Assembly (NCBI GenBank): GCA_013239625.1
Contig: MU053487.1
Coordinates: forward strand, 825,058 to 889,057
From: Lama guanicoe
Lineage: Eukaryota
Reading direction: 5' to 3'
DNA: 64,000 bases
Shown here in pieces: positions 9,980-24,456 of this stretch; positions within the stretch are counted from its first letter, which is position 1; each line of letters opens with the position of its first letter. The position numbers and the translations under genes were made by a program. Under the pieces are notes generated by a model, which had not been told where the DNA came from, searched no databases, and was given only the letters and a program-made list of their open reading frames with translations.

Positions 9980-12580
9980 TAAGACCATGTAAGGCCGCTA
10001 TCTATTACTTACCTAATTATTTCCTCTGTATCCTATTGTATGGTTTCATTCTATAGGTATCCTTTCTCATGTACTTTACACATATTCTTAAATTTATTTA
10101 TCTTTGGAAAATATAATGTTGTTTTGTATGTATATGTGTGTGTAAAGTTTATGCAAATGGTACTCAAATATTTTTTAACCTTTTGCCCAACACCGTTTTA
10201 AACGACTGTCCATGGTGCTGAAAATAATCTCATTCACATTACTTTAAGGATAAATAGTATTATGTTGTAAGTATTATCTTCCTTTAACTTACCCATTCTC
10301 AGTTGTTGCATACTCAGGTTGTTTCCAGTATCAAAAAATATGCATTAAAATATCTCCTAAAGTGCTAGTTTACTAACCTGATGGAAAATTTCTCTGGGAT
10401 GAATGCTCAGGAGAGGACTGATGGGTAATAGGGTGTGTGCATACTTGATTTTACAAAAGACAGTTAAGTGGCTTTCCAGAAGAGCAGTGACAGTTAATAA
10501 ACCCACCAGTACTGGATGAGGAACCTGTTTTTGACATCTTCACCATCTTTCTAATTTTTATATTTTAATAGATGTGAAGTATCTCATTGTCATTTTAATT
10601 TTTATTTCTCTGCTTTCTTGTGTGTGAGAGGATATTTACGTGTATGTTAACCTTTCAGGAATTCCTTCCCTGCATTATCCCTTCATGCCCTTGAGAATCA
10701 GTTTTGTCAACACTATATACTAACCAAACCATCCTTTCCTCATTACTTTGAAGAGTCACCTTTACTATGTGTCAAAGTCACATAAAAAGTGGGATCTGTT
10801 TCTGAGGTCTCTAGTTGTGTTCCACATTTGTTCTATTTATCCCTTTGTATACTAGTCCATATTGTTTGTATACAGTAGCCTTTTCCTATATCTCAATATC
10901 ATGTATGTAACCCTCTCCCTGTCCCTATCTTTTTTTTCTGTTTCAAAACTGACTTAGATCTTCAGTTTTCCTTGTTTATTCAGTTTATTTATTAGCCTGT
11001 TGTCCCAGAACAACTTATTCAAAGAACTAGCTTTTAATAACTAATTCATAAGTAAACTTAATCATGCTTTTTCATTTCTAAGAAATGGTACATAGTATTT
11101 ATATTTTTGTTAATTTGTTTAGTGGTCCCTTTTCCTATTCTGCCAAAGAGCTTTTTTGGAAAGTGATTTTTAACAATTTCAAGTGGCTTTATTTTTTAGA
11201 GTTAGCATGTTCTTATTAGTTTCTAGTTTTATTACATTTTGATTAGAGAACATGGCCTATAAAATACTTTTAGAACTCTGGATTGTCTTTATGGTCTAAA
11301 ATATGATGGATTTATGTGAACGTGTCCTGGGCACTGGAAAGCTATTCTCCATAAAGTTTGGTAATTATTAAACCAACCTTTATTAATTATTTAACTCAAA
11401 TACTTTAATCTAGTATTGTTAACCCAGGGGGAGCCACAAAGAAGTTTGTGAATGGGCTTCTGGGGATTTGCAAATCCCCTGACATACAGGCAATATGCAC
11501 ATGCTTCTGAGCAAGGAGAGAGGTTTCATGTGACTCTCCTAGGGATGCAAGAGTCTTAAAAGATGAACAACCACAAGATCTTGAGTTTTGTTTTATGTTT
11601 GTATCTATTTGATCTGTCAATAACACTATAACTGTGCTTTTATAATTTTGTCTTGTTTTTCTGCTTATTTTCATTTTATATATTGAAACAATGTTGGTTG
11701 ATGCATAAAGATTCATGGAAATTTATGACATTGCTGTGAACTTCCTTCTTTATCAGTATAAAATGATAATTATAAAATCATTAAAAATTGCTTTTAATAT
11801 GTTTGCCTTGAATTCAACTTTATCTGATTTTATTATCCCAATTGTAGTTTTCTGTTTGTGTTTGCTGACATATTTTTTCAACTTTGGGTTTCTTGCTTAA
11901 TTGGATTCTTTTTATATCAAGCATCTTTAATAAGGAATTTTATTCCTTTTATGCTCATTGCAATAACTGATATATTTGTTCCTACGTCTATCATTTTGTT
12001 TTTATTTGGTTGTTGATATTCATGGTTTTCTTTTTTGTTGTTTCTGTCTTCTGCTAAATGGATATATATTCATTACTTTTCTCTTCATCATGGTTGGTAT
12101 ATTTTTATTGCAGTCTATTTTAAAACCATACTTTTAATCCTTTATAAGTTTTCCCAAATACATTCTAATGCATATGTACTTCACATTACAATTGGTGTCT
12201 TTTAAGTCCCCTTTATATTTTAAAATAGGATTTTGAACTTTTACTCTCTTTTCCTCTTCCGTTTATTTATGCAACTTACATTTTAATTCAATTTTGTGCA
12301 ATTCTATAATTATTTTTATTTTGTAGATCTTATGAGTGAGTATATTATTTTTTGCATTGTTTTCAGTCATATTTATAAGAATTTAGCCAACTTATATTAA
12401 TTGATATCAGTACTCTATAATTTCATATTGTGACATCTCCTTTCTTGGCCTCTTGATTTTGCTTGATCTTTTTCATTGTTTCACATCCATCTTCAAATAA
12501 TTTTTGAAAGGCAATGTATTTTAGGCCTCTCTTATCCCTGTGATTGTCTTTCTTTGCCTTCTCATGTACATGACAGGTAG
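9980..12580 (-). mobile_element. Ancient L1 (L1ME-like) fragments, antisense
   Basis: Long T-rich tract with antisense L1 ORF2/3' signatures (ggttgtttccagt, gtatctcattgtcattttaattttt, gatctgtttctgaggtctct). Confidence 0.75.
11408..11580. mobile_element. hAT-Charlie-type MITE relic nested in L1
   Basis: aacccaggggg...gtgaatgggcttctggggatttgcaaatcccctga...aaaagatgaacaaccac pattern. Confidence 0.5.
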
Positions 12581-12589
12581 GGTGAATAT

Positions 12590-13090
12590 GAATGAATCAG
12601 CTAGCAATTTTTGCCTCAAAAACCACATCAAAAATTAGTGACCTGAAACAACAATCTTTTATTTAGCTCACAGTTCTGCAGTTTGCCAGTTTGGGCCGAG
12701 CTGTGCTAGAAAGTTCTTCTGGCCTAGAATAGTCTCACTCATGCGTCTATGTTTCAGCTGCTAGGTTGGCTAGCGTTTGGTCTCATTTGGAATGGCTTGG
12801 TCCTGTGTGGACCCTCATCCTATAGAAGGCTATAGGCATGGCAGCTGGGTTGGATTCTGAGAGAGCACAGAAGCATGCATGCAAAGCCCCTTAAAGCTTA
12901 GGCTTGGTAGTGGCACAGCATGAGTTCTAATATATTCTTTTGTCCAAAGCAAGCTACTGAGACCACCAGTTCCTATTGATTGGGTAGGGAAATAGACTGC
13001 CATTTGATGGGAGATGCTGCAGTCATGTTGCAAAGAGGAACTTAGTAACAGAAGGGATACTTGTTGCCATTGTAGCAAATCTGTCAACTA
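12590..13090 (-). mobile_element. MLT1 (MaLR) solo LTR
   Basis: aaaattagtgacctgaaacaacaatcttttatttagctcacagttctgcag...aaatagactgccatttgatgggagatgctgcagtcatgttgcaaa. Confidence 0.85.
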
Positions 13091-14189
13091 TATTATATAA
13101 AATTTTTGACACAATCCTTTAAAAAATCTTTCTCACCTCACCAATTTAAAAAAATTTATTGAAAAATATACACAAACCCTCTTTCCTGGTCAGGAAGTTT
13201 TATTCTGGACTGTCTGATTGGTTATTTCCAGGAACATTGTGCAACCTCTGAGTATTCTTTTTGTTTGTTTATTTTATAAATTTTAAAATAATTTTATATT
13301 TATTTTTCTCATTCATAATCAGAAAATCAAGATTTATCTAGGATCAGTTAAAAATTTTTTTAAAAGACAAATGTTAAAACTATATTATTAAAGTGATATA
13401 TTCACATGTTAAAACATCAAGCAGCACATAATGGTGTAAAATAAAAAGAAGTCTCTTCCTCCACAACCTAACCCCTTGCTGTTGGTAACCACTAGCAACA
13501 GTTTCATGGCATCCACCAGAAATATATATATTTTTTTACATAGGGCACACCCACACATTTCACTCAAATAAGCTAATGGTTTCACATTGTTCAGCATCTT
13601 TTTGTCTTTTCACTTAATAATATATTTTGAAGATGTTCCTATGTCAATACATACAGAATTACTGCATTTGTTTTTAACAACTCAATAGAATTGTTACATG
13701 GATTAATCAGAATGTATCTACTTACTCTCTCGCTGTCAAAGACTTAAATCTTTTTCAGGTGTTGTTAGCATGATATTTTTCTGTTACATAACTCTTGCAG
13801 TGAATAGCATTTTGTCTTTGTATATATGTGTATATATATCTTAGATACATTTCTAGGAAGGAAGTTTCTACAAAAGATCACATATATTTTACATTTTGGT
13901 AGACATTGGAAAATTGCTTTTGAAAAAGTGGCACCTATCCCCAATTTAACCAAAATGAATGACCCCACTTTTTTATAAAAATATCTGGTTTTATTGTTTG
14001 CTTAAGATTGCCAATGTGATAGGTATTGGTATCTCAGTGTTATTTTCCTGGCATCTTTATATAATCATTGGCCATTTATATATATTGTTGTGCTAATCGC
14101 TTGCTCATACCCTTCATCCTCTCCTTTTAATTAAACAGGTTGTCCATCATTTTCTTCTTGACTTTTAAGAACTTGTTCATAAGTGGTAT

Positions 14190-14440
14190 AAAATGGTGCT
14201 TTGAGAAAGGGCCTCTTGTGTTAGTCTTCATGCTTCATTACCTGACTTCATCATCTATCAGCAGTTTGACCTGGTACAAGTTCCTTAATCTTTCAGTATC
14301 TTAGTTCCATTATTTGTAAAATGTGAACAATAGAAATAGCTACCATTTAGGTTTGTTGTGAGAATTAAAATAGATAATTCATATAAAGTACTTACTGTAG
14401 TACCTAATTCATAGTTAGTGCGAAGTAGGTGTTAATAATA
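14190..14440 (+). mobile_element. MIR SINE
   Basis: tgacctggtacaagttccttaatctttcagtatcttagttcc...tgtaaaatg...tgtgagaattaaaatagataat. Confidence 0.85.
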
Positions 14441-16935
14441 ATAAAAAGATATTTCAAATATTGGCCTACTGTCTATCACATGCACTGCAATATTATTTTT
14501 CCAGATTTTTAATTTGTCTTCAATTTTAAAGGAATTGTTAGTTCAAGATTATTTCTGAGAAATCGATGAATTTTCCTAATTTAGGTCTATGTTTTTTACT
14601 TTTAAATCGTCAATTTATCTGAAATATAGTTTCCTATAATTTGGAGTGTTGCTCCAATTTCATTTTATTTCCAAATGGTAAGTCATATATCCCAGTCCTA
14701 TTTTCATTTCTGAGAAAATATGCCGATTTTATCATATCCTAAATTCCTACATAATTAAGGTCATTTATGGACTCTCTGGATTCCTCTATTGATTTTTCTG
14801 TCAAATTCCTCTTCCTGAATCAAATTACTTTTAATTGCATATCTTGTAAGTATTTTACTAAATATGGTAGTTATATCCCTTTTCATTACTCATACTTTTA
14901 CTATTTTCTAGGTTAAATATATACATTGATTTATTAGTAAATTTTAATATAATATTAAGTGATTTTAATTAAAGGCTAAATACAGAAATGGATATTTTAT
15001 CACAAATAATAAGTAGTAATGCTAAAGAAACGTGTCCTCACTAGCCAGAGAGACAACATTACTCAGAAGTAGCACTTAGAAGGCTTCTACATGCCCCTTC
15101 CCAATCTAATCTCTGGATGTAAACACTATTCTGAATGAGCATTTACATATTTCCATGTATTACAATGGATAGTTTAATTTTACTTGTTTTTGAACTGTGC
15201 ATAAATCAGTTATACTGAATGATCTCTTCCTGACTTGGTGTTTTTGTTTTTGCTGAGTATTAAGTTTATGGTAGTCACGTAGCTATGTTAATTTTTTTAC
15301 TGCTGTTTACATTCTGTTACATTAGTATGCCACAGTTTATTTATGCATTTTATTGATGGGCATTTGGATTGTTTCCAAGTCTTTTTAAAAAATGTTACAT
15401 TGTTCACATGATTGCTATGAACATTCTTGAATATGTAAAATTTCTCAGGGAGCAGAATTGCTGGGTATCAGGCATACATATCTTCAACCTTGTTAACTAT
15501 TAGTTCTTAAATGGTTGAACTAATTTATAATCATACCAGCAGGTTACAAAAGCATACTTTTTTCAGGTTTCCCCTCCCCTGGCTCCCCAAATGGCCACCT
15601 CTATAGCAACAACAACAACCACTGTTGTTGTTTTTATTATTACTTATTATTGTACTTATATTTAAAACCACATTAAATTTATTTAGGGAGAATTAGTATA
15701 TTTAACAGTGTTACATCTTTTGATCCTAGTACAATGGATATTTTCCATTTATTCAAGACTTCATTTATGTTCCTGTGAGTTCTAAAATTATCTTCAATTT
15801 CTTGTTAAACATTAATATTTTCCTCAAGTATTTATTATGGACATTTTCAGCCATATAAAAAAAGGTGCTACATGTTATGTTTTCTGAACCATCTGAAATT
15901 AAATTGTATACATCATGAAATACGCATTTCATCTCTCAATACTTTGGCCTATTTCTCCTAAGAATAGGAATATTCTCTTACTAAAGCTCAGTATCATTAT
16001 CTCAGTTAAGAAAATTTAAAATAATTTCCTACCATGATCTAGCCCACACTCATGTTTTCCTGGTTAACCGCAAATATCTTATTTATAGCTGTTTTTTCAA
16101 AAGAGGATTGGATCGAGGGTCACAGATTCCATATTGCATTTTATTATATATTTTAATCTTCTCTTTCAAGAAGAATATCCTCTCATGTTTAATGACCCTT
16201 TTATATGACTTTTTCTTACAGATATTTGCACACATACATAAAAGAACCTGGATTAATTAGTGAACTTGCATGTACCTGCTACTTAGTTCTAACAGCTATC
16301 AGCATTTTGCTAAACTTATTTGCTCTGTTCATCCCTCTTCACACCCTAAACACTGGCTTTTTCCTTGTTGACAGCTTTCAAAGCAATTCCTGGATATTAT
16401 ATCAGTTCATCCTAAAGTAATTCATTATGTATCTCTAGCTAATAAGAACTTTTCCATATATAACCACCATGCCTTTACCACATTTAAGAAAAATAACAAG
16501 TTCTCAGTCTTAGCCTATTTCCTGTCCATATTCACACTGACCTGATGGTCTCGACTCTTCTTTTGAATTTGGGTTGCCTGAATCAGGATCTTAACAAAGG
16601 CCTACGCATTTCATTTTGTGGTTATATTATTCTTTGGGATGTACCATCTGAACACTGATTGTAAATGTCAGTTGAAATGTTTATTTTGCCTATTTTTGAC
16701 TATAGGGTTTGCTCTTTTTCCCCTTTGGATTGAACTTTACTTATTTATTTTTGGAATGTGCTAAACATCTCCATGGTTCAAGCGACTGAAGGATGTAAGA
16801 GTGAATCCTCAGAAAATCCTTGCTTCCATATCCTCCCCTTCATTCTATTACTCTTCCCATTTCCTGTGACTTCCATAGGTAACCATTCATACTAGTGTGG
16901 GTTATCCTTCCATTATTTCTTTTAACAAAAGGAAT

Positions 16936-16960
16936 TGTGTGTGTGTGTGTGTGTGTGTGT
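16936..16960. repeat. (TG)12 microsatellite
   Basis: Read directly. Confidence 0.95.
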
Positions 16961-18032
16961 ATTTCTTGTTGTTTCTTGCACAAAAATTATCATATTCTGT
17001 ACACTGTTTTGAATCCTGCTTTTGTCACTTAACAGTGTGTCTTGGAGATCACTCTCCATTGGTACATAGAGCCTTTCCTCATGCTTTTTGTCTGGTAGCA
17101 GAGCCTTGGTCTGTTTAACCAGCTCTCTGAATAATCTTGAGCACCTATTGTCTGGTATTTGTGCAAAAGTGTCTTCAGAGTAGATTCTCAGATATGAGAT
17201 TGGTGGATCAAAGGGAAAATGCTTATGCAATTTTGTTAGCTATTGCTGTCCTAATGTAGGATCTATTTTTTCTCCTGTATTTTCTTTCAGACCAGACTTC
17301 AGCATTTTTCAACAGCCAGGGTTGGTTATAGTCTCTGTCCACTTGTGTTGTGGTTGAATTTATCACAGACATTCAGTTCAAGGGCAGGTAAATCTGCACA
17401 GTTGATGGTTCCAGTTCTTATTTCTTGCAGGCTTTCACTTTATTGGGGTGGTGTCTTTCCCTCTTGCCCATACTGTTGGATTTGGAATACTGTATATGAA
17501 AATCTACAATTCCTGGAACACACTGCTACCAGGTAGGGTCTCTTTGCTTCTGCTCCTGTCTGTGTACCTTTTCTCATGGAACTCCTACTGCCCCAGATAT
17601 ACGATGTCCTCAAACGCATATTGCCTTAAACCTGCTGTTTAGGTAATTTCTTGGTATTGCAATCTTATCCTGGATGTAAAAAAAAAACAACAGTGGCTCT
17701 TGGTTATGGACCATTTGGGAAATGGATAGAGGAGGGGGTTACCATTCTGTTTTTATTACAAAGAGTTGGGAGCAGAGACAGGCAGGAGAGAGGGACTGCT
17801 GTTCAATTTTCAGTTCTGTTGTTGTTAGTTTTTAGATGTAGTTTTCTCTGGATTATATCTCTTCTTTCCAGATTCATGGATTGCCTTTCAGCCTAAGTTT
17901 TTGGAATAGTACAATTTTTCACCTTTTGCTCTGTTTCCATCGGTATTTCAGTGAGATGATAGGTAGTAAAGCATGTATTGGAACTGCTAGTCAAAAATCA
18001 TCTTAAACCAGAAAACTCATTTTTTTCAATAT

Positions 18033-18530
18033 TGTATCTGTAAGCTATTATTGTATAATAAACCACCTCCAAATGCCAACAACAACAACAACAACAAGAA
18101 GTTTATTCTTGCTTGTTTGTGGTTTGGCAGAGCATAGAATAGTCTAGGCTGGGTCTGACTGGGAAATGCTGCTTTAACTTGTCAGTCTTTCTGGGCTTCG
18201 TTCCTCACTGCAAATTGTGCTCAGGTCTGCTCTATGTCTGTTCATTGTAGAACACAGGCTGAGGTATCGGAAAAGCTCACTTCATGGTGGTGTAAGAAGT
18301 GCAAAGAGATACTAGAACCATGTGTTTCCTTTTAATGCCTAGGTGTGAAACTGGTGCACTGTCACCAGGACCCAATTTCATTTGGCCAAAGCAAGCCTGA
18401 TGATTGAGTCTAAATTCAAGGTACAAGGAAATCTATTCCACTTCCGGTAGATGGGGTGGCAGAACCACATTAGAAAGCATGGAATCAGCGAGGGAGCAAA
18501 AAATTAGAGCTAAAACCTCAATCTACCCCA
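18033..18530 (-). mobile_element. MLT1 (MaLR) solo LTR with an internal (CAA)n run
   Basis: tgtatctgtaagctattattgtataataaaccacc...tttggccaaagcaag...tcaatctacccca. Confidence 0.8.
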
Positions 18531-18760
18531 AAGTGTTTATTGAATGCAGATACTTTGCTGAATCCTTCCCACAGATTGTTCATATCTTCAATTTCCTTCA
18601 ACACTTGTACAAAATAGATTTCCTCCTCTTTCATAGTGAAGGAACTGAGACTGAGGAATTCTTGGTGACTTACTCACTATCAAACACCTTTTACAGAATT
18701 TAAATGGGATTTCAAACTAGATCTCTCTCTAACCAGAAGGCTATGCTTTTCTGACTCTAC
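18530..18760 (-). mobile_element. MIR SINE
   Basis: gtttattgaatgc...tgaaggaactgagactgagg...gggatttcaaactagatct. Confidence 0.7.
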
Positions 18761-20940
18761 TGCAAATTAAGTTTCTTTACCCAACCCCTTGATTGCTTAG
18801 CACCTATGAACACATAATGCTCATTGGAGAAGGAGACAGAACCAGAAGTTGTAAGCCAGATGACATTTGAAAAGCTACCATCAAAGTCTCCCCAGTATGG
18901 CAGTGGAAAGATGCACTCTTGGGAAGAATCATGATTTAGTTAATGGAAGTGGAGTTTATGCCAGATATCAGTTAAAGCCTTGTAACTTGGTGTTGGCTGA
19001 ATCACAGAGCTTGGAAGAGTGATGAGAGAGAAGACCTGGAGAAAAACAGCTCCAGCCACACCTGCTGTCCCATGGTTAACATTTCGACACCTGCTGTACA
19101 GAGTGGGTTAGCGCAGGAGAGAACCTCAGTTTTAGAGGCATATGTAATAATGAGTCACACAGTCATTAATGTGTGAACCCTAGGCAGGGAGCTCACATTT
19201 TGTATGAGAGAAGAGTTTTTGTTCAGTTATAAGCGCTCCCCTACTGGGTCTGGAATTGCTCTCTGCACCAAAAATGCCTGACTTCATGTTTTTTGAATTT
19301 GAAAGGACCTTCACAAACATTTTGGCTTAAACATAAAGGAACACGTTTTATAAAGGAAGAGAAATTAGAAAAAAAAAGATTAGTAGAATGCTATTGAAAA
19401 TAGTTTTGTTGAAAATACCTCCCATGGAAATAGAGTTAAAAGTATTAAGACTGTGCCCCCAGTCTACTCTCAGGTACAGTATTATTTCCATAAAGGAGAA
19501 CAAAGGAAAAGAAACCTGATAGGTATAGAATACTTCTATTTTGCAATAGAAACTAAAATAGAAGTATCTTTTAAAATGAAATGACTAAAATAAACATTAC
19601 AGATTAATTCATGTTTTTCAATAGCATAATTTATTCTAAGCATCCCACAAAAAGAGGATTCAGAGTTTGGGCTTCAAATATTGACCCTGATGGTACATTA
19701 TGAGGTGACCTGTCTCCTGTTGTCTTTTCTCAGTTTCATTTGAGGTTCACATTGGACTGTACAGATACCTAGAGTTGGTCACCTTGTCCTTGTAAAAAGA
19801 TCAGCTCTGCCACTTTCCCCTAATGGGCACAAGCAGAAAGCAGCAGGTGCTAGTTTGTACAAATGCGTACCTAACTGAGGCTTTCTTGCTGTTCCAACCA
19901 GAAGACATTACAAAAGCATTAAAAGTTGGGAAGTCAACTCTATGATTAACAACAAACCCTAATTTTCTTTTTCTGCCTGGGGCATGCAACTCTAGACCTT
20001 TCACTGGAGAGGACAATCTTTACTGAATTGTGACCTGGGGGAAATAAGTTTCTAAATAAAGTCATCTTAAAGAAGGTGAAACCATCATGGGGTCTCTATC
20101 CAACTTTTCTCACCTCACTTCAAATTGTATTCCCTAGTCCATTAACCTTCAAAGGAACTTCCTCCAGGGAGTATCCATGTTCGCCATGCCTTTGGTAGCA
20201 TGATGGGGTGATGAAATCTTAGGCAAGCAAGACCGTCAATCTTAACATTACATGCTCCCTGCTAATCCTTAGAACACAGATACATGTGTATTTTCTGTTG
20301 TGTACATATAAGCTTTTGTCTTGGAGAATTTTTTGTAATGGGCAATGCTGAGTGGGATATTTGATTATGGTTACTTTTTGGATAAGCCTAAGCAAATCAT
20401 CTCAGTAGCAATATCTCTTTGCTAAGTTCTTAGAACCAGCCATGGGCAAAACTAAAATCTAAAAAATTTATTTTTACTGGGATTATACCAGCAGTTCTTT
20501 GTTTTTGCCTCCAGCTTGAGATCTCTGAAGTTATCGCCTACTCCTAACCTCAGATGATCTCCCTTGCCCCCATCAATATTTGCTCTCAGTCAAGAATCAT
20601 AAACTGAATCACACCAAGATGTAGGCAAGTATTAGGAGGAAAGATGCTTTTTATAGGGGTGAATGTATATTACCAAGGTAATGGTGGCTTCCAGCCTGGG
20701 ATTACCTGGACCTCAAGATTCTGTGTAGATAGAAAAGGAGGTAGCTTTGACCTATTTTCAACATTTAAAAGATGCTTACCCATGAGACAGTCATCTAGCA
20801 GATAAATCAACTTTCCTTCTCTGAACTTTAATTTTATCAACTCAGTGTGGTAATTTGAGTTAACATGTGCTGAAGAATAATTTATAAATACCAAATATTT
20901 GTTATTCAAAAATCCATCAGAGATATGATTCTTGGAGGAG

Positions 20941-20981
20941 ATTAAAAATCAGTTTGAATGATAATTAAAAATCAGTTTGAA
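20941..20981. repeat. 18-bp direct repeat (attaaaaatcagtttgaa x2, 23-bp period)
   Basis: Identical copies at 20941-20958 and 20964-20981. Confidence 0.9.
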
Positions 20982-21958
20982 AGTTTGGACTCCCGAAATT
21001 ATGAAGATTTAATAGCACTGTTAATCCGATCTCAGCTTGGGCCTACGATAAAGGGGAGAATAATATAGAGAAAGAAGTGTCATAGAACGAGCACCTGCTC
21101 AGTGTCTGGCTGGACACTTTCATACCAGCCATTCACTAGGCAGTGGGTACCTTCAGGTTGGAACTGTGTTTTATTCCAGTCTTTCCCTAGTGTCGAGTGC
21201 AGCCGTTACTCTTTCTGTGGAAGGTACTTCATAAACATTTATGAAACGGGATGGAAGATGCGAGAACTTAACTCAGCTGAGAACACACGTTATGGAGCTA
21301 ATATTAGACTCCAGAGCTGTCTCAGTAGCTTCCATTTTTTTAGTCTCACCATGAATTTGTATCAGTGGGATGGAGAAGAATCATCATCCACACAGAAAAC
21401 TGCAGACTTTGTCCTGGAGATACACTGTCTATACCTCTGCCCATTTTGGAGCTATTGTTTTTTGTGATGTGGTTATCTGTCCTGAATTGGAAACCTTTCT
21501 GCTTTGCACAGGACCAACTCTGTCTCCATATCACTCCAAACAAAGAGAAGTGTCAGAAATGAGTGGCTTAGGCTTTATTTGTGAGCCCCACGCCCTCTTG
21601 GGCACAGAAGCCTTACGTGCGGGCTATACTGAGGCTCACGGAGCCTGGCTCTGAGCTGCCCATCTCGCTGGGGTATTCTCCTCCCTGGGGGGTCTTACTT
21701 TTGCTGCCCTCCAGGGCCTGCATGTCAAACTGGATCTGCTGTGATTTGAAAGGCTCAGGGCTGGGCACAGCAGGTCCAGATGCAAAAACAAAAAAACCAA
21801 AAACCGAACAAACAAAAACTGAAACCTACTGACAATGTGAACCTGGAGAGAAAAGACTCCTTTTCACAGTCATTGTCTGATTTTGTCCATCAGCCCCAGG
21901 ACTTCTCTGCAGGGCTGGGATTCCACAGCTCAGAAAAAAATTGTCATGTGAGGATGAA

Positions 21959-21995
21959 ACACACACACAGCACACACACACACACACACACACAC
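21959..21995. repeat. (CA)n microsatellite, one interruption
   Basis: Read directly. Confidence 0.95.
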
Positions 21996-22979
21996 GTGCA
22001 CGCCTGGACAACACAGGCATTCAGGAAAGGAGAGGGGGAAAGAGAAAAACGTGGTGATTACATCTTGTGTGTCAAGGATGAGAGATCTCACTTTTCACAG
22101 TTGCGTACTTTTAATTTCAATAAATATTCACGGAGAACCTAGTCCCGTGGAGCCCTGTAGCAGCAGTCTGCAGGCTCTGAGTGGGATACAAACCCCCTTA
22201 AGACAAGTCTTCTCCCTCACAATCTAGAGGGAGAAGCAAAAAACCAAAACAAACAGAAACCCAACAAAAGTAAAACCCTGAAACCACTAACCCAGGCACC
22301 AGTCTTGAGAATTTACAAGCTCTTTCAGGAACATCTCATTTAGCCCCGTTTGCTAGGCAGGTGAGGCAAGTGTTATCTGCATTGTTCAGGTGAGAACAAA
22401 GGCCTTGTTGAAGATTACAGAGATCGCAAGAGGCAGCCCCAGAATCCAGGTCATCCAACTCCTGATTCAAAGCTTACCCCACAATATGACACTGCATCTT
22501 TGTAAACACTTGGTTATAATACAGCACTGTGTTGGGAGAGCACAAAGGAAACAAAAAATGATTAATTCTTCCTGGGCCAAGGGAGATGGAGGATCAGGCT
22601 TCTCAAAAGGAGTAATTTTCCATAGGTAGAGGAAATATAAATTGTTGTAGGCAGAAAGACACAACAGGATGGGAAGGTAGGCAATGTTCCCATGCAGAGC
22701 AGTGGTGAAGAGGCTGGTCTGTTTAACCCAAACTCTACTAAATGATCAAATCTTTTCCAAGAGGAAACAGCCAGAGACAGGAAAGCATCTGTCCACCTCC
22801 AGCTTGCCTCCTGGGTTTCTGTTTCTTTTGTGAGGACCATCTATTTCTCAGGAAACGGACATGGGGAGTAATGATGCCTCTTCACTGCCCCCAATCCTCC
22901 TCTAACCCAGTGGCTTTGCAGGCCTCCGAGTGAAATTCCTGTCAATAGACTAAGGAATTTGTATGCATCAGTCATCCAG

Positions 22980-23200
22980 GGGGTGCAAGTGGAGGATCCA
23001 GGGTGTTGCTTCTAACTTCCCGTGTGACTCTGAATGCATTATTTGGCTCCTCCAGTCCTATTTATTCATCTGTAAGGTGAGGGTAATTATATCAACCGTG
23101 CAGGGTTGCTATGGGGATCAAGTGAATTGAGTTCCGTGAAACACATAGCACAGTGCCTGACATATGGCTACCTGTTTATAAATACTAGAGATGGCTACTA
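22980..23200 (+). mobile_element. MIR SINE
   Basis: ttcatctgtaaggtgagggtaat...cagggttgctatggggatcaagtgaa...agcacagtgcctgacatatgg. Confidence 0.85.
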
Positions 23201-24456
23201 CTGTTTGATGTGAGGGAAAGGAATTGGTGAAAGTCTCTTATGTGCTGACCTGGCATCCCTTCCATTCCAGCCAGATGTAGTCCCTCCAGGGCCAATGTGA
23301 CCACAGGCTGAATGGCTCCCATCATCACAGTCAGATGGGATCCTTCAGAGTGGCTGCTGAGATGTCTTTTTCATAGGTTCATAGAGAAGAGGAAGAAGGA
23401 GAAAGCAAGGCTTAGTGTCTGATCTGGCTGAAGGAATGGGTCTCTGTGTTTTCAAAGCAGCGGCTTTGGTTTGGGTGGTTCAGTTTGCAGTGAGGTATGA
23501 CAACAGGCAGGTGATATTCAGTGCATGGTGAGGGACTCAAGTATGATACTGCTAACCAGCCAGTTACAAGCGACCCTAGACAGCAGTGGGAGGTGGGCAG
23601 GGACTGGGGCTGTAGCCAAGCCAGAAGAGCTGGGCTCTAGCAGGAATGGTCAAGTGCAATAAGACATCTATGCCTGTCTTCAGGGCAAAGGGCACGTATT
23701 CAGGGGAAAACACAGCTCTGTGATGACTTGGATGTCCATGGCTCATCCCTGGCTCATCAGATCCTAGGTCTTTGGCAGCGCAGTTAAATCCAGATCCCAA
23801 CTGAATGGTGTGGCTGGGGCTGTCTTGCACCTTGCAGTCTTACACAGATAAACTGAGGAGTTAGGCAGGATGGGTTGGGTAGGTCTGGGACTGAGCAGGG
23901 CTGGAGAACAGAGCTAAAGCCCACCATGAAGTCCCTGTCACTGGTTGTTCTTTGCCATAGCCAGAACTCTTCATTTCCTCTGGATTTTGCTGATTCCACA
24001 GGATCATTTGTCACCTGTTGAAACAAACATCTGATACTCCATTCATACTTCACTTATATTTCATAGTCATATCAGCTAAGTCCTCTACATCTGTAGGAAT
24101 TAATATCTTTAGCTAGGAATGCATTTGCATTTTGGGGACTCTTTATTGTGGAGGAACTGTAAAAGGCAATGGAAAAAAGGATGAGTCAGAAAAGCATATC
24201 TCTGGCTTATAAATGGGTGATATTTTCCCTAAAAGGTAGAAATCAGGGAATAGTGTTTGAGAATTTTAATTGTGCCCTGAGGCCATTCATGACTGTGGTT
24301 GATTTTGCTGAAGGTCAATTATATTTCCTGTGGAAGAAGTGGAATTTGGAATTTATTTGACTTGATTATATACAGGTAATAGGGATAGAAAATCACAATT
24401 AAAAGTGGAATCTAGTTCAAAAGATGTGATTGCATCATTGCAGTGAATGCATCATT

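Larger units (their letters stand above)
13350..17250 (-). mobile_element. Cluster of ancient L1ME/L1MC 3'-end fragments, antisense
   Basis: Repeated antisense L1 3' signatures (ggtaaccact, gatgggcatttggattgtttcca, gaattgctgggt, attggtggatcaaaggg). Confidence 0.75.

Noticed and set aside
19232..19250. CTCF-like site (minus strand ccagtaggggagcgc)
   Set aside because: One G short of the core spacing. Similar partial matches near 26478 and 63677 also miss key positions, so none can be supported without a PWM scan.
20195..20355. C/D-box snoRNA (GTGATGA ... CTGA)
   Set aside because: I saw no terminal stem or recognisable guide sequence, and boxes this short are expected by chance.
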